Shown here: positions 1 to 8,009 of the stretch, piece by piece
Layout of the letters: the number at the start of each line of letters is the position of its first letter
Position numbering within the stretch: position 1 is the stretch's first letter
Source: a candidate division WOR-3 bacterium
GTDB taxonomy: Bacteria > Hydrothermota > UBA3073
Reading direction: 5' to 3'
Assembly: GCA_030606335.1 (NCBI GenBank)
Contig: JAUWGP010000003.1
Coordinates: forward strand, 26,065-90,064
DNA length: 64,000 nucleotides
The notes under the pieces: model-generated
Told to the model about the DNA's origin: nothing
The model's database searches: none
The model's input: the letters and a program-made list of their open reading frames with translations, nothing else
Position numbers and translations under genes: made by a program

Positions 1-2
1 GT

Positions 3-1220
3 GCAAGACTTGCTGCACGGAAACTTAGAGAAGGTCTAAAAAATCTTGTAATACCTACTATCCTCTTTGAAGAACTGGGCTTAACTTATGTTGGCCCACT
101 CGATGGTCATAATATACGAAGCCTGGTTGAGGCGCTTGAATCTGCTAAGGAATCGAACGGACCTCTATTACTACATGTATTGACAGAAAAGGGAAGAGGA
201 TATGAACCAGCAATAAATAATCTGCCATTATTCCATGGACTTGGACCATTTGATGTGGAGTCTGGAAAACTTATAAAAAAGGATGGACCTCCAACCTTTA
301 CAAGGATATTTGGTGAAACCCTTTGTAAGCTTGCTGAAAAGAACGATAAAATTATTGCTATTACTGCAGCAATGCCTGAAGGGACTGGAACATATCATTT
401 CAGAGATAAATTTAAGGATAGATTCTTCGATGTGGGAATTGCTGAGCAGCACGCTGTGACGTTTGCAGCAGGTATGGCTCTTGAGGGTTATATACCAGTA
501 TGTGCCATTTATTCAACATTCCTACAAAGGGGATTTGATCAGATAGTTCATGACATAGCCCTTCAGAATATCCCTGTTATCTTCTGCCTTGACAGGGCTG
601 GTCTTGTGGGAGAAGATGGACCAACTCATCACGGTACATTTGATCTGACTTATCTCCGCATGATACCAAATATGGTTGTTATGAGCCCAAAAGACGAGAA
701 TGAATTCGTTGATATGCTCAGCTTAGCTGTAAACTATAAAAAGGGACCTATTGCAATAAGATATCCAAAGTCCTTTGCAATAGATTCTAATGAAAAACCA
801 TCAAAAATTAAAATTGGAAAAGGAGAGATCATTAGAGAAGGCAATGACGGTTTTATACTTGCCATAGGTTCACTCGTATACCCTGCAATTGAGGCAAGTG
901 ATATTTTAAAGAAGAAAGGATTTGGTGTTGGTGTATTCAACGCAAGATTTGTAAAGCCTATTGATAAAAGTACAATCATCCAGGTTGCAAAAAAGACAAA
1001 CAAAATAATAACCTGTGAAGAAAATGCATTATATGGAGGATTTGGTAGTGCAGTTTTAGAGGTTCTTGCAGATAATAAAATAATATGTAATGTTCTTCGT
1101 CTGGGAATTCCTGATAAATTCATAGAACATGGCTCAAGAACAATACTACTTGAAAAATTAGGACTTACAGCCAATGGCATAACAAAGAAGGTAGAACAAT
1201 TCCTGAAAAAGGAGAATTAA
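3..1220 (+). CDS. dxs: 1-deoxy-D-xylulose-5-phosphate synthase, C-terminal part (5' end lies outside the window)
   Basis: Frame 3 is open from the window start: ...FEELGLTYVGPLDGHNIRSLVEALESAKESNGPLLLHVLTEKGRGYEPA..., which is the transketolase-like pyrimidine-binding and C-terminal region typical of DXS. The ORF track only begins at the internal TTG at 180. Confidence 0.88.
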   Translation, partial: ARLAARKLREGLKNLVIPTILFEELGLTYVGPLDGHNIRSLVEALESAKESNGPLLLHVLTEKGRGYEPAINNLPLFHGLGPFDVESGKLIKKDGPPTFTRIFGETLCKLAEKNDKIIAITAAMPEGTGTYHFRDKFKDRFFDVGIAEQHAVTFAAGMALEGYIPVCAIYSTFLQRGFDQIVHDIALQNIPVIFCLDRAGLVGEDGPTHHGTFDLTYLRMIPNMVVMSPKDENEFVDMLSLAVNYKKGPIAIRYPKSFAIDSNEKPSKIKIGKGEIIREGNDGFILAIGSLVYPAIEASDILKKKGFGVGVFNARFVKPIDKSTIIQVAKKTNKIITCEENALYGGFGSAVLEVLADNKIICNVLRLGIPDKFIEHGSRTILLEKLGLTANGITKKVEQFLKKEN

Positions 1221-1654
1221 TGTCTCTCTTTACCCCACAGGAGCGTAGGATTATATATATTCTTATAGCTATACTGGTAATTGGCTCTTCTATATATTTC
1301 TATAAATTAAAGAACCCTTTTTTTGCACCAGAGCTTGACAAGGCAATTTTAGAAATGAGCTATAATGAGGAATCCATTGACAGTCTTATCAGGTTATCTA
1401 CTTCATCATCAAAAACAGCCACAAATATCACTTCAAAAAAGGGAAACAATATAACTGAATTGATGATAAACATAAATACTGCAAGTAAAGAAGAACTTAC
1501 ATTACTACCAGGAATAGGGCCAGTATATGCAGAAAGAATAATCGAGTATAGAAAAGAGAATGGCGGTTTCAAAAACATAGATGAGATAACGAATGTGAAG
1601 GGTATAGGGGAAAAGAGATTTGAAAATCTAAGGGATAAGATAAAGATAGAATAA
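1220..1654 (+). CDS. comEA: ComEA-like helix-hairpin-helix DNA-binding protein
   Basis: N-terminal transmembrane segment plus C-terminal LPGIGPVYAERIIEYRKENGGFKNIDEITNVKGIGEKRFENL (tandem HhH motif). AAGGAG Shine-Dalgarno upstream; start overlaps the dxs stop (taATG). Confidence 0.75.
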   Translation: MSLFTPQERRIIYILIAILVIGSSIYFYKLKNPFFAPELDKAILEMSYNEESIDSLIRLSTSSSKTATNITSKKGNNITELMININTASKEELTLLPGIGPVYAERIIEYRKENGGFKNIDEITNVKGIGEKRFENLRDKIKIE

Positions 1655-2037
1655 TGGAAATAGAATCAATAATAGAGAAGGCAAAAAAGGCAAGGGAAAA
1701 CGCATACGCGCCTTACTCCGGCATTAAGATAGGAACAGCTATATTGACTAAAAGTGGAAAGACATTTACAGGCTGTAACATTGAGAATGCATCATATGGA
1801 CTAACAATTTGTGCGGAGAGGGTAGCTATAGCAAATGCTATATCAGAAGGAGAAAGAGAATTTGAGCTTCTTGTTATTGCATCTGATGATTTTTCATATC
1901 CCTGTGGCGCCTGCAGGCAGGTCTTAATTGAATTTTCTGGTGATATAAAGATAATATTGGTAAATAAAAAGGGAGATATAATTGATACAACAATCAAGAA
2001 GCTCCTTCCGCACCCTTTTTATATTTCTCGTAAATAA
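1654..2037 (+). CDS. cdd: cytidine deaminase
   Basis: CAER zinc-ligand motif and PCGACRQ motif; 127 aa is the typical tetrameric CDA size; start overlaps the upstream stop. Confidence 0.85.
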   Translation: MEIESIIEKAKKARENAYAPYSGIKIGTAILTKSGKTFTGCNIENASYGLTICAERVAIANAISEGEREFELLVIASDDFSYPCGACRQVLIEFSGDIKIILVNKKGDIIDTTIKKLLPHPFYISRK

Positions 2038-2051
2038 CTATCATTATATTT

Positions 2052-2525
2052 ATGATAAATCCTATCAGATATTTTCTCTCCCTGCCCATGAAAAGACAGA
2101 TCGTAGATATGGGAGAGATAGCAAGACACTCGAGACACATTGCGGTCATATTCCCAATGAATGATAGTAACATGTTTAAAAGCGATATAGTAAAATTGAT
2201 TAAAGATGACTTCAGTGGATGCAAGATATATGCAATTGTTAGCAGAGGAAGCGAAGTAATTAATTTCGATGAAATAGTATATCTTGACTCGAATTTAGTC
2301 ATCTTCGGAAGAAAGTTTTTCAAAACAAAGGCACTTCTAAGAAATCTCCATATCGATATATCGTTTGATTTAAACCAAACGATAGATATAATAACTTATT
2401 TGGTTGGTGCGTCACTAAGAATAGGAATAATAGACTCACCATTTTTTAACGTTGTAGTGAAAGGAGCAAACAATAACCCCAATAAAATGTTCTCTATTTT
2501 TAATAATAATCCTTTGAGTTTATAG
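2052..2525 (+). CDS. hypothetical protein
   Basis: 157-aa ORF, co-directional with and tightly packed between its neighbours; no motif recognised. Confidence 0.35.
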   Translation: MINPIRYFLSLPMKRQIVDMGEIARHSRHIAVIFPMNDSNMFKSDIVKLIKDDFSGCKIYAIVSRGSEVINFDEIVYLDSNLVIFGRKFFKTKALLRNLHIDISFDLNQTIDIITYLVGASLRIGIIDSPFFNVVVKGANNNPNKMFSIFNNNPLSL

Positions 2526-2598
2526 GACAAATACGTCTCACGGTAACGATATAAAAGTTTTTATTTTAAAATTATTGCATTTACTCACGGAGGTATAT

Positions 2599-3003
2599 AT
2601 GAAAGAAGGAAGAGGTGGACTTGCAAATATCCTAATAGCAGGAACTTACCTTAAAGGCAACCTGAAAGCCGATGGTGGTGTAAGGATTGATGGCACTGTA
2701 GAGGGAGAGGTCACTGTTAGCGACACATTCGTTTTAGGAAAGACGGGTGTAGTAAAGGGAACAATAAAAACAAAAGATGCTCTAATTGGAGGTAAGGTTA
2801 TAGGTAATATAAAGAGCCAGGGTAAAGTCGAGTTGAAGACTGGTTCTGTTGTAAATGGAGATATAATCTGCAAGAGACTAACTATGGAAGAGGGAGCAAC
2901 ATTTGATGGTTTCTGTAAAATGACAGAAGATAAACCTGATAAAGAAAGAAAAATGGTTACACTGAATCAGAAGGAAGTGGAGAAAGAACCAGCAATTAGA
3001 TAA
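2599..3003 (+). CDS. bactofilin-family cytoskeletal protein
   Basis: Gly/Val-rich beta-helical repeats (GTVEGEVTVSDTFVLGKTGVVKGTIKTKDALIGGKVIGNIKSQGKVELKTGSVVNGDIIC), the DUF583/bactofilin pattern. GGAGG lies 5 nt upstream of the ATG at 2599; the ORF track starts at 2575. Confidence 0.7.
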   Translation: MKEGRGGLANILIAGTYLKGNLKADGGVRIDGTVEGEVTVSDTFVLGKTGVVKGTIKTKDALIGGKVIGNIKSQGKVELKTGSVVNGDIICKRLTMEEGATFDGFCKMTEDKPDKERKMVTLNQKEVEKEPAIR

Positions 3004-3174
3004 TACAATAAACCTATTAGTATATAAAAAATACCTCGACAACTGAAACCTTGTAATCAACAAACCTGATTTTTGTCGAACTAGCAGATATAATTACCAC
3101 AAAGTACACAATTTTGCGTCAACGCTTTTATAATTACATTTAATCAGCTCTTCAATAAATCAGGAGGTAAAATT

Positions 3175-3957
3175 ATGTGCTGGGGATTGGAAAATCGATT
3201 AAGTCGCATATTTCAGAAGGATAATCATACCATTATGCTGGCAGTAGATCATGGATACTTTTTAGGACCAACATCTGGTCTTGAAGTTCCTAAAAAGACC
3301 ATTGAACCACTGATTTCCTTTGCTGATTCCTTAATGCTAACCAGGGGAATACTTCGCACTTCTATATCCTCTGATATACCTGTTCCTATTGTACTTAGGG
3401 TATCGGGTGGAAATAGTATCATTGGTAAAGAACTCTCTGATGAAGACATTACAGTTTCGATGGAAGATGCAATCCGCCTTAATGTCTCTGCGGTGGCACT
3501 CTCAATATATGTTGGAAGTGAATACCAGCACCGCACTATTATTAATCTTTCCAGATTGGTTGATGAAGGTGAAAAATATGGTATTCCAGTCCTGGCTGTA
3601 ACAGCAGTGGGAAGAGAAATGGTTCGTGATTCGAAATATCTTGCCTTATGCTGTCGCATTGCAGCAGAACATGGTGCACACTTTGTTAAGACATACCATT
3701 GTAAAGATTTCAGGAAGGTTGTAGAGAGTTGTCCTGTACCCTTAGTAATAGCAGGTGGTAAAAAGATTCCAGAGAAAGATGCACTACAAGTTGCATTCAA
3801 TGCAATACAAGATGGTGCTTCCGGTGTTGACATGGGGAGAAATATCTTCCAATCAACTCATCCTGTTGCAATGATTAAAGCTGTGCGTGCAATTGTGCAT
3901 AAGAATGCTTCTGTAGACGATGCATACAATATATTCAACGAATTAAAGTCGAAATAG
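3175..3957 (+). CDS. class I aldolase, DhnA family (fructose-bisphosphate aldolase / ADH-synthase like)
   Basis: About 260 aa TIM-barrel aldolase pattern (IMLAVDHG...VLRVSGG...HFVKTY...PLVIAGG); AGGAGG Shine-Dalgarno at 3163-3168. Confidence 0.65.
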   Translation: MCWGLENRLSRIFQKDNHTIMLAVDHGYFLGPTSGLEVPKKTIEPLISFADSLMLTRGILRTSISSDIPVPIVLRVSGGNSIIGKELSDEDITVSMEDAIRLNVSAVALSIYVGSEYQHRTIINLSRLVDEGEKYGIPVLAVTAVGREMVRDSKYLALCCRIAAEHGAHFVKTYHCKDFRKVVESCPVPLVIAGGKKIPEKDALQVAFNAIQDGASGVDMGRNIFQSTHPVAMIKAVRAIVHKNASVDDAYNIFNELKSK

Positions 3958-3975
3958 TATACGATCACTTTATGA

Positions 3976-4217
3976 AATGTGCCTGTCATTGCGAACGAAC
4001 GGTGTGCATGGCAATCTCATCCCTTGTTATCAATTATTTTTGGAGTGCATTACCTTGGTAATGCAATATGGTAATCCAATTTCTTTATCACTATTACATC
4101 TAAATGAGATTGCTTCACCCGTCAATTCGTCGTACTTCTTGACGGACGACGGGCTCGCAATGACAAAAGTGAATGCCTGTCGTTGCGAGTGAACTTAGTG
4201 AGTGCAGTAATCTCATA
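3976..4217. repeat. composite dispersed repeat, copy A ('tgtcattgcgag...ggcaatctcat' family)
   Basis: gtcattgcgaacgaac...ggcaatctcat at 3985-4020, gtgcattaccttggtaatgca at 4045, and gacggacgacgggctcgcaatgacaaaagtgaatgcctgtcgttgcgag...gtaatctcat at 4150-4217. The same modules recur at 20598, 27421-27660 and 57100-57440. Confidence 0.6.
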
Positions 4218-4239
4218 TAGATAAATATCTTCAAAATCA

Positions 4240-4995
4240 CTAATGTCCTGTTGGTAGGTCTATAAACTCGATATCTATACCAAATTTCGTGTTGATATAA
4301 CTACCAAGTGCCTTTATACCAAGCGTTTCAGTAGCATAGTGTCCGGCAAATATACAGTTCATCTTTGCCTCTTTTGCCACCCAGTAAGCACTGTGGCGTG
4401 GTTCACCAGTCACAAAGACATCAAATCCCAAATCAATTGCCTCTCTCAGATAACCAATTCCTCCCCCGCTTATATATCCTATTGTCCTAATTCTATCCTG
4501 ACCAAATCTCCAGGAGATAATCTGTGTTTTAAACTCACTATTTATCTTATCTATCAACTCCTCTATATGGATAGACTGTTCTAATATTATCTCTTTTCCT
4601 AAACTTATTCCACCCTCTATACCAAAACCTATACCTTCCTTCCCACCAAATAACTTCACCGCCTGAGCATTGTTACCAAGTTCATGATGGACATCAAGAG
4701 GTAAGTGACATGAGTATAATCCTATATTGTTATCAAGTAGAAATTTTATTCTCTCATATAGCACTCCTGATATATGAGATGCAACTTCCTTTTTAAAAAG
4801 TCCATGATGAACAAGGAGTAGATTTGCGCCTCTTTTTTTCGTCTCTATAAATGCCTCAAGCGATGCATCAACTGAAAGGGCTATCTTTTCAATATCACCT
4901 TTATTATCTACCAATAATCCATTTACAAGGATATCATTAATCTTATCTACCTGTAGTAGTTGGTTTATTTTTTCTGCCAGTTCTCTTGATTTCAT
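4240..4995 (-). CDS. Nif3-family dinuclear metal-centre protein (GTP cyclohydrolase 1 type 2 homologue)
   Basis: NIF3 hallmarks (LLLVHHG, HLPLDVH, AGHYATE). The start is taken at the internal ATG at 4995, which has a GGGGAGAG Shine-Dalgarno; the longer ORF to 5076 would run into the upstream repeat element. Confidence 0.8.
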   Translation of the reverse strand: MKSRELAEKINQLLQVDKINDILVNGLLVDNKGDIEKIALSVDASLEAFIETKKRGANLLLVHHGLFKKEVASHISGVLYERIKFLLDNNIGLYSCHLPLDVHHELGNNAQAVKLFGGKEGIGFGIEGGISLGKEIILEQSIHIEELIDKINSEFKTQIISWRFGQDRIRTIGYISGGGIGYLREAIDLGFDVFVTGEPRHSAYWVAKEAKMNCIFAGHYATETLGIKALGSYINTKFGIDIEFIDLPTGH

Positions 4996-5021
4996 ACTCT
5001 CCCCTTGCCTTTTCCTTAATG

Positions 5022-5412
5022 CAAAACTTAACCACAGAGAACACAGAGAAATTAAATCAAAATTACTAATTAGCAATGTGTAATTATAAATTTGTGAAAA
5101 ATCCTTTTTAAACTGCTAACTTTATATTTTACATTGTTTCTTTGTCTCTGTGACCTCTTATCCATCTCAAGATCTGTTCCGTGGGATCCGTATGGAATGA
5201 ATAGGTATAAGGTCACCTTCCTAATTATCTTACCTGCTAGCTGGCAGGTGGTAGACAGACAATTCCTGTGAAATCATATCCGTTAGCTAATGAACATTAT
5301 CTGGATTCACTCTGTTAAATAGTTATAAAATTGAGTAAAAGAAATCACTCCTGGTACTTTATTTAACAGGAGAACCACGGAGAATTAATTTTTCTCTGTG
5401 CTCTCTGTGGTT
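5022..5412. repeat. MITE-like element with CCACAGAGAACACAGAGAA terminal inverted repeats, copy 1
   Basis: ccacagagaacacagagaa at 5022-5040 and its inverse ttctctgtgctctctgtggtt at 5392-5412. The interior shares ctgtgaaatcatatccgttagctaatgaacattatctgga with copy 2. Confidence 0.55.
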
Positions 5413-5425
5413 TATTTCATATTTT

Positions 5426-7405
5426 TTACAGTATCCTCTTTTTTACCATAGATTGTAATTTCCTTATTCTATCCCTTACTTTAATTGCCTCCTCAAAATT
5501 TTCCTCATCTGCAAGTTTCCCCATAATTTTTGTCAGTTTGCTTATCATCTCCATACCTTCTATGCCTTCTAAAATTTCATACACCTCTCCTTTTTCTTTT
5601 ATACGTGTATCTGCTATGGATGTGGAGCGGAGAATCTCCTCCTTAGTTTTATATATAGTCTCTGGAGTTATGTTATGTTTCCTGTTATATTCTAATTGTG
5701 CCCTACGTCTTCTCTCCGTCTCTTCTATAGTTTTCATCATAGAACCTGTGATGTTATCAGCATACATTATTACTTCTCCATTCACATTCCTTGCAGCTCT
5801 CCCTGCAGTCTGTATAAGGGATGTATATGAGCGTAAGAATCCTTCGTGATCTGCATCTAGAATAGCAACGAGAGATACCTCGGGTAGATCCAGTCCCTCC
5901 CTTAGTAGATTTATACCAACAAGGCAATCAAATTCTGAAAGCCTTAGATCCCTCAGGATGTCTACCCTCTCTATAGCATTTATCTCAGAGTGTATATACC
6001 TTACTTTTATATCTAATCTTGCAAGATAATCTGTTAATTCCTCTGCCATTCTTTTTGTCAGGGTTGTAACAAGAATCCTCTCCCCCCTTTCCACTCTCCT
6101 TTTTATCTCCTCTAAAAGATCATCTATCTCATTCTTTTTTGGTTTTACAGTAATCTTCGGGTCTTGAATACCTGTTGGTCTTATGATCTGCTCGACAATA
6201 TGGGATGAATTTCTAAATTCAAAATCACCAGGTGTTGCTGAGGTAAAGATTATCTGTGGAACTTTCTCTAAAAACTCATCAAATGTAAGGGGGCGGTTAT
6301 CGAGTGCAGAAGGTAGTCTGAATCCATATTCAACCAGTGTCTCTTTCCTCGAACGGTCACCAAGATACATGCCTATAATTTGAGGGATAGTAACATGAGA
6401 TTCATCAATTATACAGAGAAAGTCGTCAGGAAAGAAATCAAGCAGACAGAACGGTCTCGAGCCTGGCTTCCTTACTGAAAGATGACGCGAATAGTTTTCT
6501 ATACCTGTGCAGTATCCGACCTCTCTAAGTAGTTCTATATCATATTTCGTGCGTCCTTCAAGTCTCTGAGCCTCAAGTAGTTTTCCCTTATCTTTAAAAT
6601 ACTTCAACCTATCCTCCAGTTCCTGCTCTATGTCTTTTATTGCCCTTCCTAATCTCGTGTGGTCTGTAACAAAGTGTCTTGCGGGATAAATATGTACCCA
6701 TTCCCTTTCTTCAATCTTCTTGCCTGTAAGTGGATCAATCATAGATATCTTTTCTACAGTATCACCAAAAAAATCAATTCTAACACCACCCTCCTCATAT
6801 GCCGGACGAACCTCAACCACATCACCCTTTACCCTGAATGTTCCTCGGAGAAAATCAAGGTCATTTCTCGCATAATGGATGTCAACAAGCCCTTTTAACA
6901 GCTTCTTTCTCGAGATTAATTCGTTCTTTTTTACCCTTACCACATGTTTTTTATAATCCTCTGGGGAACCAAGTCCGTATATACAGGATACTGATGCAAC
7001 GATAACTACATCATTTCTCTCAATGAGTGCACTTGTAGCCCGTAGACGTAATTTATCTATTTCGTCGTTTATGGAGGCGTCCTTCTCTATATAGAGATCT
7101 GTTGCAGGTAAATACGCCTCAGGTTGATAATAGTCGTAATAAGAGATAAAATACTCAACCGAGCTGCCCGGGAAAAAACCCCTATATTCGCCGAATAACT
7201 GCGCAGCAAGAGTCTTATTATGAGAGATGACGATTGTGGGTTTATCCACTCTCGCTATAACATTACCCATTGTGAATGTCTTGCCAGAACCAGTTATGCC
7301 CAGAAGTGTCTGGAACTTATAACCCTTATTAATCCCCTCTACAAGCCTATCCACTGCCTGGGGTTGGTCACCAACAAGTGAGAATTTCGATGTTATATTA
7401 AACAT
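5426..7405 (-). CDS. uvrB: excinuclease ABC subunit B
   Basis: 659 aa. Walker A GITGSGKT, helicase motifs and a C-terminal UVR domain ([13 protein letters not shown]); the whole length follows the UvrB pattern. Confidence 0.95.
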   Translation of the reverse strand: MFNITSKFSLVGDQPQAVDRLVEGINKGYKFQTLLGITGSGKTFTMGNVIARVDKPTIVISHNKTLAAQLFGEYRGFFPGSSVEYFISYYDYYQPEAYLPATDLYIEKDASINDEIDKLRLRATSALIERNDVVIVASVSCIYGLGSPEDYKKHVVRVKKNELISRKKLLKGLVDIHYARNDLDFLRGTFRVKGDVVEVRPAYEEGGVRIDFFGDTVEKISMIDPLTGKKIEEREWVHIYPARHFVTDHTRLGRAIKDIEQELEDRLKYFKDKGKLLEAQRLEGRTKYDIELLREVGYCTGIENYSRHLSVRKPGSRPFCLLDFFPDDFLCIIDESHVTIPQIIGMYLGDRSRKETLVEYGFRLPSALDNRPLTFDEFLEKVPQIIFTSATPGDFEFRNSSHIVEQIIRPTGIQDPKITVKPKKNEIDDLLEEIKRRVERGERILVTTLTKRMAEELTDYLARLDIKVRYIHSEINAIERVDILRDLRLSEFDCLVGINLLREGLDLPEVSLVAILDADHEGFLRSYTSLIQTAGRAARNVNGEVIMYADNITGSMMKTIEETERRRRAQLEYNRKHNITPETIYKTKEEILRSTSIADTRIKEKGEVYEILEGIEGMEMISKLTKIMGKLADEENFEEAIKVRDRIRKLQSMVKKRIL

Positions 7406-7410
7406 ATCCT

Positions 7411-7560
7411 CTTCTCTCTTCCCCCTTCGCCTTATTTATCCCGTAGAATGCGTAGCTATTCTATCGGGACGCCCTACGCCCTATACTCCTCTCTTATCGC
7501 AACGAGGACGTTGCTCCTACCATAGATCGTCCGTCAAACGACGGACTCCTACTTTTAATT
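7411..7560. repeat. dispersed hairpin repeat ('cccgtagaatgcg...ctattctatcggg' module plus 'ctcctctcttatcg-hairpin-ctcctacc' module), copy 1
   Basis: About 75 nt are near-identical to 25140-25215, and 7478-7522 parallels 24999-25048 with a different but still self-complementary stem. Confidence 0.5.
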
Positions 7561-7599
7561 TACTATTTTCGATTGTCGATTTACGACTGCTTTCCAATT

Positions 7600-7990
7600 T
7601 GTTTTCCTCAATAGTCAGTTGTCATTAGTCATTCAATATCCCCAACATTAAACATTAAACATTTCACATACAACATGTATCATTTAACCAATTAACTTTT
7701 CAACTAATTAATTCGTGTGTTTATTGAGTTTATTGAGTTTGTTGTGTTCATTGAGTTTTTTTAGTTGATTTGGTTTATTTAGTTCGTTTAGTTGATTTAG
7801 TTGTTATATATAATAACCAATAACCATTAACTAATAACATTTAACATTAAACATTTAACATTTACTACTCCACTGATAACCGATAACCTAATTAACTAAT
7901 CAACCAATTAACCAATCAACTATTCCTTCTATCGCGACTGGGAAGTCGCTCCTACCTTATGCCATCTGATACATTTAACATTCAACATTT
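7600..7990. repeat. AT-rich low-complexity degenerate tandem repeats
   Basis: Runs of taaacatt/acatttaacatt, tattgagttt and ttagttgattt units. The ttgagtt motif recurs at 24700-24760. Confidence 0.5.
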
Positions 7991-8009
7991 CACATTCAAC
8001 ATTTTCCCT

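Noticed and set aside
228-1180. Antisense ORFs (228-452, 734-1180) inside dxs. Similar shadows occur inside hsdR (11856-12215), PEPCK (25756-26265), the C25 peptidase (50608-51018, 52070-52330) and elsewhere.
   Set aside because: They lie fully within long, well-supported genes on the opposite strand, have low-complexity or hydrophobic junk composition, and carry no Shine-Dalgarno. They are typical shadow ORFs.
3977-4192. 71-aa ORF (and the 94-aa ORF at 57099-57383) as protein-coding genes.
   Set aside because: Both lie entirely within copies of the 'cattgcgag' dispersed repeat. Their peptides are the well-known repeat-encoded artefacts.
7600-7990. Replication origin (AT-rich repeats).
   Set aside because: No cluster of DnaA boxes (TTATCCACA). 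The single TATCCACA at 15622 is isolated. There is no dnaA, dnaN or gyrB context. Tandem low-complexity repeats are more likely.
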